A stretch of 25,633 nt of DNA from positions 1 to 25,633 of IMG/VR virus record IMGVR_UViG_3300012663_000698; one strand, 5' to 3'. Below the pieces are notes generated by a model. The model did no database searches and was not told the origin of the DNA. It was given only the letters and a program-made list of their open reading frames with translations. The translations under genes and the position numbers were made by a program. This stretch comes from a virus. Taxonomy: Duplodnaviria > Caudoviricetes. This document shows, piece by piece, positions 1-6,518 of this stretch (positions are counted from its first letter, which is position 1; every line of letters begins with the position of its first letter).

Positions 1-697
1 CAAACTCGTATTGTGGCAGATGTTTAGCTAAGTCTCTAAAAATTTCAACTTGCTTTTCTGGAGCAATACGGTGCGGAAACAAAATCATGTCTCGTTTCTT
101 CATGCCTTTATAAGGTGCAAGAATATCTTGGAAATATTCCATAGGCCAGCCTGTGCGTACAACCTTACCATTAAAATCTGCGCCAGCAATTACCTTTGTA
201 TCGAATAGATTCTTAAAGAACATTTCGATATGAAAGTCTGTAGCAAAGTAGTTGTGATCAAATGCATGGAAGAAACTTTTCTCTGCATTTCTAACCCAAG
301 GCTTATTGCCAACAAGACGTCCTAAGAAGTCTTGAGGATCATAACTGCCAGCATGCCATAATCCATGTGTAGTTACTGGAATGTTCAGTAACTCACTCAT
401 GTATTTTAAGTTGATGATACCCGGGTGCCAAGCATCAGTAAAGATAAAGTGATCGCCGGGATGAACGGCTCCGTCACAAAATAAACGGCCCATTTGCTCA
501 ACCTGACTAGCCTTGTATATATTGGTACCACCAAAATTAAGAAAGGCGCCAGGAGTAGTGGCACTAGGAATGTCCGTAGGACCAGAGATAATTTGAACAT
601 GATGTCCTGCCTTTTTAAGTAGATCAGGTACATGAGTCTTCCACTGACCCGTGTACCTTGTCTCAACTGCTTCTAAATCAACGAGAAAAACGTTCAT
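1..697 (-). CDS. Glycosyltransferase (GT-B/GT4-like), 3' end beyond window edge; missing from ORF track
   Basis: Translated by hand from ATG at 697: MNVFLVDLEAVETRYTGQWK...FIFTDAWHPG...GLWHAGSYDPQDFLGR...TGWPM...ILFPHRIAPEKQVEIFRDLA. Open to position 2. The (H/G)R-x-x-P-E-K motif is typical of GT4 enzymes. Confidence 0.75.
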   Translation of the reverse strand, partial: MNVFLVDLEAVETRYTGQWKTHVPDLLKKAGHHVQIISGPTDIPSATTPGAFLNFGGTNIYKASQVEQMGRLFCDGAVHPGDHFIFTDAWHPGIINLKYMSELLNIPVTTHGLWHAGSYDPQDFLGRLVGNKPWVRNAEKSFFHAFDHNYFATDFHIEMFFKNLFDTKVIAGADFNGKVVRTGWPMEYFQDILAPYKGMKKRDMILFPHRIAPEKQVEIFRDLAKHLPQYEF

Positions 698-953
698 TGT
701 TATTGCCGTTGTATTGTGGTCTTGGGTTTTTGCCCAAGTAAGGTTTACGTTCTCCAGTAAACTCTCGTTTTGGTCTGCGACTCTTTTCAAAGTTTCTCCA
801 AACCCAACTTTCTCTGTTATACAAATGACTCTCGTCGAATGGCGCCATCTCCAATCGGCAGAAGTTATGGAACGCCTCTAGGTCGTCAAAGATTTTTACA
901 ACATCCGGACGATTTTCAAAATAAGCGTAGTCTTTGTAATTTTTAATAGACAT
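678..953 (-). CDS. Hypothetical protein, 91 aa, with basic low-complexity tail
   Basis: ORF in operon order. AAGGA lies upstream of the ATG. Overlaps the glycosyltransferase start by 20 nt. Confidence 0.75.
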   Translation of the reverse strand: MSIKNYKDYAYFENRPDVVKIFDDLEAFHNFCRLEMAPFDESHLYNRESWVWRNFEKSRRPKREFTGERKPYLGKNPRPQYNGNNNERFSR

Positions 954-964
954 AATGTCTTTCC

Positions 965-1360
965 TTAGTACTTGATAAATGAACCATTTTCTCCGTCTTC
1001 GGAGACCTCAATCCACACCTCTCGGTCTGGATACCTTTGTGAGATTTGAGCATATAAATCATCGCTCATCATCTCGCAACTTTTATAATCTAGCGACAAT
1101 ACACCTTGTTCGCTAGAATACAACCGTTCAAGCCATCGCTTGAATTGAATGAATTCCACATCTCTGTCGTTATGAGTAACTCCGAGCCATACGCGAAAGT
1201 GAAATATATGGCGATGAGGAGTGCCAAGAAACGATACGTCATAGTAATCTCCTGTAGCTAGTGCTGGATCTGTTGCAGCCGCTGGGTAGCAATGAATACC
1301 TTCTTTGCGAAAGGTAACCCAAATCATTTTGTTAGGTCTAATGTCTTGTTTAATAATCAT
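965..1360 (-). CDS. QueD/6-pyruvoyl-tetrahydropterin synthase-like T-fold protein
   Basis: EGIH, PHRHIFHFRV (HxH), VEFIQFK, SCEMM and terminal VSEDGENG follow the QueD/PTPS motif order. Size (131 aa) fits. Lies near a TGT-like gene. Confidence 0.6.
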   Translation of the reverse strand: MIIKQDIRPNKMIWVTFRKEGIHCYPAAATDPALATGDYYDVSFLGTPHRHIFHFRVWLGVTHNDRDVEFIQFKRWLERLYSSEQGVLSLDYKSCEMMSDDLYAQISQRYPDREVWIEVSEDGENGSFIKY

Positions 1361-1884
1361 AGTAAAATTTCGTCATTGCCGTATTCGTCCCAATTGGTAA
1401 AATACTTGCGTTGTGTTAAATCAGATAGCGGAATGCACCACACACCTGGGTTAGTTGCTTCAAAGCCTTTATCGTCGATCTTAATAGTAGTGTTGTAGCC
1501 TAATTGTTGCATATATGGTAATTTTACACTAATTTGCGGAATAAATCTACGGCTTTCGGTTAAACCGCTCTCTAAAAGAGCTTCTGCCGAAGTGATATCT
1601 AAATCAAGTGTACACCAAAAACCGTCAGTTAAACATTCTTCAATCATTTCTTCCCAAGGCTGCCAAGCGTCTGCATCATTAATACCTGGGTTTGGAAAGC
1701 TCTGATTAGCACCAAAATACAAATGAGTACAACCATTTTGTTTAGCCATGCTAGTTATAACTTGTGAATCATGAACACCTACTACAAATAAGGTCTTCAT
1801 ACCAAATGCAGGAGTGCGTTCAATTTCTTGTCCGACAAAGAATGTAATGTCTTCTCGAACTCCTTCTGAATAATCACGTTTCAT
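1357..1884 (-). CDS. Hypothetical phage protein, 175 aa, in the modification cluster
   Basis: Long ORF overlapping both neighbours (ATGA overlap at 1357-1360). Alternating beta/alpha pattern (TLFVVG, HLYFGANQSF, WCTLD). Confidence 0.8.
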   Translation of the reverse strand: MKRDYSEGVREDITFFVGQEIERTPAFGMKTLFVVGVHDSQVITSMAKQNGCTHLYFGANQSFPNPGINDADAWQPWEEMIEECLTDGFWCTLDLDITSAEALLESGLTESRRFIPQISVKLPYMQQLGYNTTIKIDDKGFEATNPGVWCIPLSDLTQRKYFTNWDEYGNDEILL

Positions 1885-2119
1885 TTTTTTTACTCTGTTC
1901 GTATTGTTTGAAAAGTCTAGTCACTGGTTCCATGTGCTCTGCAAACACATGTGGACTAGCTTCTGCTGCCTGTTGCATATCCCAAGTATCGGGATAATGC
2001 CGTAGGCAACTTCTTGCACCGTCTTTAATTGCTTTAGGCACTCGAGGAGTAATAAGAATGTCTTGTAAAAACTTCTTAGTGTACAATACTGCCCGATATC
2101 TTTCGTCTGGTAATGTCAT
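1874..2119 (-). CDS. Small hypothetical protein resembling the BPSL0761 family
   Basis: MTLPDERYRAV...LRHYP pattern, recalled rather than searched. ATGA overlap with the TGT-like stop. Confidence 0.6.
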   Translation of the reverse strand: MTLPDERYRAVLYTKKFLQDILITPRVPKAIKDGARSCLRHYPDTWDMQQAAEASPHVFAEHMEPVTRLFKQYEQSKKNET

Positions 2120-3795
2120 TCAAATAAACTTTCAAATGTTGATTTTAACGGTTCTTCTTGTTTAACAATTCTTAAGTCACTGTAGTCTACACGAGGTAAG
2201 TCAAATTCGTCTGCCATCGTATGTGCATTAATTAGTTTCTTGCCAGTTGCACCACGTGTTCCAATAATAGTAATCCAGAAACTTTTGTATTCTTCAATTT
2301 TTGCCAGTGCTTTATCTCTGTCATTAATTGCAAAAATTTCATCTACAGCCTGTTTAAATAACTTTCCTGTAAGATTCTGTATTAGCATAGCAGGAGCCAC
2401 GTTGTTGTCGTATTGACGATTGGCTTCTTGTACAGCGTTAATATGCATCCATACATTATGCCCCATCATAATAGCGTAACTAAAACTATCCCAAGAAGTT
2501 TTACCTTCTTTACTATTTTTATTTAGGTCGCCGGGTGCATAGATACAAATATCTTTCATTTGTACTTGATCGATAATAGGACTAGATTCAAACTTATCAA
2601 AAATCTTGTCTTGTATTACTGCGTCTTTAAACAGTCTTGTGTCTGTGGCGTATTTCTTGTCGTCTGCAGAAGCCTGCATACGGTAGACCCATTTTTCGTT
2701 ATGCTCTGTTTCGGTGTTGATGTAGATTTGTCCATTTGCTGTTGCAAGGAACGGTGATGCACAGTCAAAAGAGATGGTAAAGTTTTCATTATGGTATTTC
2801 CTTACAGCACGTTGAATATCAGTTAATAAAGTTGCCCACTCTAATTTAGAGGTGCCCAGGAAGTGCATCCAATCGTGTTGACCCTTTTCGAGGAGCCCGT
2901 CAAATCGTAATGCTACTAATCTTTTTAAAACCAGTTCTACATCACACATATTCTGGCCACCCATGGCCCAGCCATTAAATGCCTTGTCGCCATAGATTTT
3001 AGTATCGCAAAAGTCTTTCATTTTACTATACCAGTCATCGGCTTGAGTATGTGTTTCACCTTGTAATACATTTAAGAATTTACAATTACCATTTCGGTGT
3101 TTAATAAAATACTCGTTGTTGTACTTTGTTGCATTAACTGCTTGATCATAACTTTCAATACCGGTTGCAGCCTTGCCAACTTCACTACGCTCTACCCACG
3201 CTGGAATATCAAGTACCATGCCGTAGTCCATAAGTGCGTCCATCCAAGCTAACACTTGTTCACGTTTCTTCTGTGCTGCCTCTAATTTAGCAGTGTAGTC
3301 TTTAACATGATCAAATTTAGTAAACTTTGGATTTCCGTTCTTATCTACTTTTTGTGTACCGCTAGCATCAAATACTGGGATTAGTTCAACACCTTTAGCA
3401 ATGCATTCTTGTAGTTTAGCTAGCACTTCTGGGCCGTCTGGATCTTTCCATTCGCCTGCCCATACACCTTTACCAATCTGGAAACCTCCTGAATCGCCTA
3501 GTACCCAACTAGTACTACGATCCCTTTTACGAAACATGTCTTCGGTTTCGTCTGGTTTAGATAAATCTAAGTTAGCGTGTCCTGCTGAATACAAACAATG
3601 ATCAAAGTAAAACATACCTTTATCGGGTTCTAGATAATTCAATCCTTCTACACCGTTAGTAAAACTAGCAGGAATACGTGCAGGATCTACATAATTGCCA
3701 TACCTTTGCTTGCCGATAAAAGTAGAATAAAATCCACTTGTTGCCGGCAAGAAGTATGCGTAATCGTTTTGCGTTGCTGTTAAATTTTTATTCAT
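2116..3795 (-). CDS. Guanine transglycosylase of the TGT/DpdA fold, 559 aa
   Basis: TGT motifs in the expected order: GDSGGFQ, VLDIP, VLQG, GWAMGG, MHFLG, SFDCASP (nucleophile Asp) and C-terminal HN. Start placed at MNKNL (ATG 3795), which overlaps the antiporter stop. Confidence 0.8.
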   Translation of the reverse strand: MNKNLTATQNDYAYFLPATSGFYSTFIGKQRYGNYVDPARIPASFTNGVEGLNYLEPDKGMFYFDHCLYSAGHANLDLSKPDETEDMFRKRDRSTSWVLGDSGGFQIGKGVWAGEWKDPDGPEVLAKLQECIAKGVELIPVFDASGTQKVDKNGNPKFTKFDHVKDYTAKLEAAQKKREQVLAWMDALMDYGMVLDIPAWVERSEVGKAATGIESYDQAVNATKYNNEYFIKHRNGNCKFLNVLQGETHTQADDWYSKMKDFCDTKIYGDKAFNGWAMGGQNMCDVELVLKRLVALRFDGLLEKGQHDWMHFLGTSKLEWATLLTDIQRAVRKYHNENFTISFDCASPFLATANGQIYINTETEHNEKWVYRMQASADDKKYATDTRLFKDAVIQDKIFDKFESSPIIDQVQMKDICIYAPGDLNKNSKEGKTSWDSFSYAIMMGHNVWMHINAVQEANRQYDNNVAPAMLIQNLTGKLFKQAVDEIFAINDRDKALAKIEEYKSFWITIIGTRGATGKKLINAHTMADEFDLPRVDYSDLRIVKQEEPLKSTFESLFE

Positions 3796-4957
3796 TATCA
3801 ATTTCCGGCCTATAAAATAATCTTGCGAGCGGTACCGCAACTATGGTACTAATCAAACTCATGATTACTACGGCTGCAAACATATTAACACTTACAATGC
3901 CCGCTGTCAACAACATCATAACCAAAAAGATTTCCATCAATCCTTTAGTTTGTAGTAAGGCTGTTTTTAAACAAACAATCCTAATACCCTGATCTTTGTA
4001 TGCTAACCAAACTCCAACAAATTTAGTTACAACGGCAATAATAAACATGCCTACGGCCCCTAGTAAAATTGTAGATACGTCTAAGGTCCATGATGTTTTT
4101 AAACCAGTCCAAATAAAGAACACTGGCATTAACCAAAACATTTGTTGTGTAGCCATACCCTCATTCCATTTAGTAGCATATCTAGGAGTAATCATACCAG
4201 CAAAAAATGCGCCTAATACATAATGTAGTCCCGCCCAATGACTAAGTGCTGCCATGCTTAATACTAATGCAACAGTTAGTGTAGGAAAAGAATCTTCGCC
4301 TACTTGATCTAAAATCTTTGGCCAGAAATACCATAATGCCGCAAATACAGCAAAGAAAATTCCTGCCTTGACTACAAATGCTCCTAGGCTAATAATGATA
4401 GCAATAGTTGCCCATAAAATTAAATCATCAAATGTTACTAATGCTAACAGTTTACGGAAATTTGGAGTTTTGTAAATTCCCAAACTTTGACTAGCAACTA
4501 CTAACATTGGCATTGCAGTAATGCAAGTTGCTACACCCATGGTCCAAGCATACTTCCAAAAAGGTATATCTGGATTATGCCAAATTGGGTCGTCAAAGAA
4601 CAACATAAAAGACGCACCGGCAAGTACTATTGGTATTAGAATTACCTTAAACGCTTGTCCCCAAATAGCATTGCCTTGTTCAGCAATAACTTCTTTAGGC
4701 TTTAATTCAATGCCAGCAATAAATGCAAATATACTAATGGCTAATATTTGTATAGCATCTAGTCCTATTCTAATAGGTTGTGTAAACACAGTAGTCCATA
4801 GTTCTGGCCAACTTGATCCAAATGCACTAGGTCCAAGACAAATGCCAAAGGCAATCTGTGCCATCGGCAATGGAATCCACTTTTCTAAACGTGTAATCTT
4901 TAATAGCAGCCATGGCACTAATACCATAACTGCTATAATGAATAGCAAATTGCCCAT
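3788..4957 (-). CDS. Cation/H+ antiporter (CPA2/KefB-like Na_H_Exchanger family)
   Basis: 389 aa with roughly 12 hydrophobic segments. Motifs GICLGPS, FIAGIEL, CITAMPM, TFDD, LGAFFAG, PVFF and KG are all CPA2-like. TAATG coupling to the upstream gene. Confidence 0.85.
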   Translation of the reverse strand: MGNLLFIIAVMVLVPWLLLKITRLEKWIPLPMAQIAFGICLGPSAFGSSWPELWTTVFTQPIRIGLDAIQILAISIFAFIAGIELKPKEVIAEQGNAIWGQAFKVILIPIVLAGASFMLFFDDPIWHNPDIPFWKYAWTMGVATCITAMPMLVVASQSLGIYKTPNFRKLLALVTFDDLILWATIAIIISLGAFVVKAGIFFAVFAALWYFWPKILDQVGEDSFPTLTVALVLSMAALSHWAGLHYVLGAFFAGMITPRYATKWNEGMATQQMFWLMPVFFIWTGLKTSWTLDVSTILLGAVGMFIIAVVTKFVGVWLAYKDQGIRIVCLKTALLQTKGLMEIFLVMMLLTAGIVSVNMFAAVVIMSLISTIVAVPLARLFYRPEIDNE

Positions 4958-5688
4958 TACTTACTCTGTGCTGGAAGAATGTAATTGTATTCAGCCAATC
5001 CTGAATCAACTGTAATTTGCATAGCACCTGCATCACTAATGCGTACAGTCTTATCACCTGCAAGAGCAAGGATACTCATAACTTGTACAACAGGCCATGC
5101 CCATGATGATTTAAGTTTACCAGCAACATCAGATTGGAATACAAAGTTACCTGCGTGTGTACTTGCATCGCCGAAGCTAAAAATTAAGTTACTGTTATCT
5201 GTACTAACTTGGAAAACAGTTTCTTCACTGTTAGCGTTAGCTTGGAATTTTAATTTTTGAATACTTGCAACACTTGGTTCAAATTCAATGTCCCACTTAG
5301 CACCTTTGAATTTAACTGACTTTAGTTTTTCATTAATAATGTCAGTGTTCATGAAACGATAGTCGTTCTGGAAATCGCCGGCTGCATTTTTAAAATGTAG
5401 GCCTGTTGGGATTTCTTCTCCATTACGTTGTGCTTTTACTACACTAATCTTTGCATTCTCTTTGTACTCTGGGCACTTTAAGTGAATATCCAATTTGTTC
5501 AAGTTGGGCATACCAAATACACCATCAAATGTATCAACTGGTGCTTTAGTTTTTGCATTAATGATAACAGAGCGATCCTCTGCCATTGCTTCGATTGCAG
5601 TCTCTGAAACTGTTGAGCTAATTTTAACTAGCGGAATGAAACCTAATGCGTGAGTATGTGCTACTAGGTCTTGTAAAATGTCTTTCAT
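4957..5688 (-). CDS. Putative DNA polymerase sliding clamp (gp45-like), 243 aa
   Basis: Clamp-like size and beta-rich two-domain pattern, ending in YNYILPA. Sits near pol B. Start placed at MKDIL (ATG 5688) after GGAG. Confidence 0.65.
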   Translation of the reverse strand: MKDILQDLVAHTHALGFIPLVKISSTVSETAIEAMAEDRSVIINAKTKAPVDTFDGVFGMPNLNKLDIHLKCPEYKENAKISVVKAQRNGEEIPTGLHFKNAAGDFQNDYRFMNTDIINEKLKSVKFKGAKWDIEFEPSVASIQKLKFQANANSEETVFQVSTDNSNLIFSFGDASTHAGNFVFQSDVAGKLKSSWAWPVVQVMSILALAGDKTVRISDAGAMQITVDSGLAEYNYILPAQSK

Positions 5689-5708
5689 ATGATTCTCCAT
5701 GTGTTATG

Positions 5709-5737
5709 ATTATACTTAGGTTTTAATTGATTGTCAA
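5709..5737 (-). promoter_or_regulatory. Perfect sigma70 promoter upstream of the clamp/antiporter/TGT/QueD/GT operon
   Basis: TTGACA (5737-5732), 17 nt spacer, TATAAT (5714-5709). A TAAGTA motif overlaps at 5718-5713. Confidence 0.9.
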
Positions 5738-6510
5738 TTATTATCTTGCCGAATTAGATTATTATAAAGAACGGCACTCTCCATAATTCCCAATGGTGTA
5801 TTTAGGTCGTGTGCGTACTTGGCTAAGGCATTTGTATCCTTAGGAAAGCAAGCACCCCCAAATCCACGTTCACCGTCTACACCCGGAACAAGCGTGTGAC
5901 TATTTCCGATACGAGTATCAAATGCTACTAGTTGTCTGACTACATCGTAATCGGCACCGTTCTTTTCACACAAGTCGTATATTTGATTAAAGAACGCAAC
6001 TTTAGTGGCTAAAAACGCATTAGTTGTGTACTTAACAGTAGATGCCTCAGTAATTGTACAATTAAAATACAACTTGCATCGTGTTAATACTGTAGTAAAC
6101 AAATCTTGCCAAAAACATTCTGGATCTTCTCCGCCTAACACCATATATGTTTGATTGAGAAAATCAAAGTCTGCACTCTTTGCCCTTAAAAATTCTGGAC
6201 TATAGCATATAGAATGCTCGCTAAAATCTTCTTCGATAGCTAATAACTGATTAGGCAGTACAGTTGACTTGATTAGCACCGGCAGAAATATTGGCACAGA
6301 TGATAATACTGCCCTAATCTGACTGTCGTCACACCCGCCATCTTCTAATCCCGGTGTACCTACACAAATAATAACGCCATCTGCATCGTGATGATCTTGT
6401 ATCTGATGTGCAGTATATTGTGGATCTACAATTACACATTCGTGTGCGGATTTAAGAGCATTACTTACAGCCTTGCCTACAAATCCGTAACCTGCAATAA
6501 TTATTTTCAT
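5734..6510 (-). CDS. UDP-glucose/GDP-mannose 6-dehydrogenase family, short form lacking the C-terminal domain
   Basis: Rossmann motif GYGFVG, plus CVGTP, KSTV, SPEFL, KY..NAFLATKVAFFN and catalytic GFGGACFPKD. Confidence 0.92.
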   Translation of the reverse strand: MKIIIAGYGFVGKAVSNALKSAHECVIVDPQYTAHQIQDHHDADGVIICVGTPGLEDGGCDDSQIRAVLSSVPIFLPVLIKSTVLPNQLLAIEEDFSEHSICYSPEFLRAKSADFDFLNQTYMVLGGEDPECFWQDLFTTVLTRCKLYFNCTITEASTVKYTTNAFLATKVAFFNQIYDLCEKNGADYDVVRQLVAFDTRIGNSHTLVPGVDGERGFGGACFPKDTNALAKYAHDLNTPLGIMESAVLYNNLIRQDNN

Positions 6511-6518
6511 ATAATTCC

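Noticed and set aside
406-666. 86-aa minus-strand ORF in the track
   Set aside because: It lies out of frame inside the glycosyltransferase (697 to window edge), which has recognisable motifs.
3796-3840. Track N-terminal extensions (also 14947-14970, 16535-16546, 20678-20698, 21753-21824)
   Set aside because: Downstream starts have better RBS or stop-start coupling.
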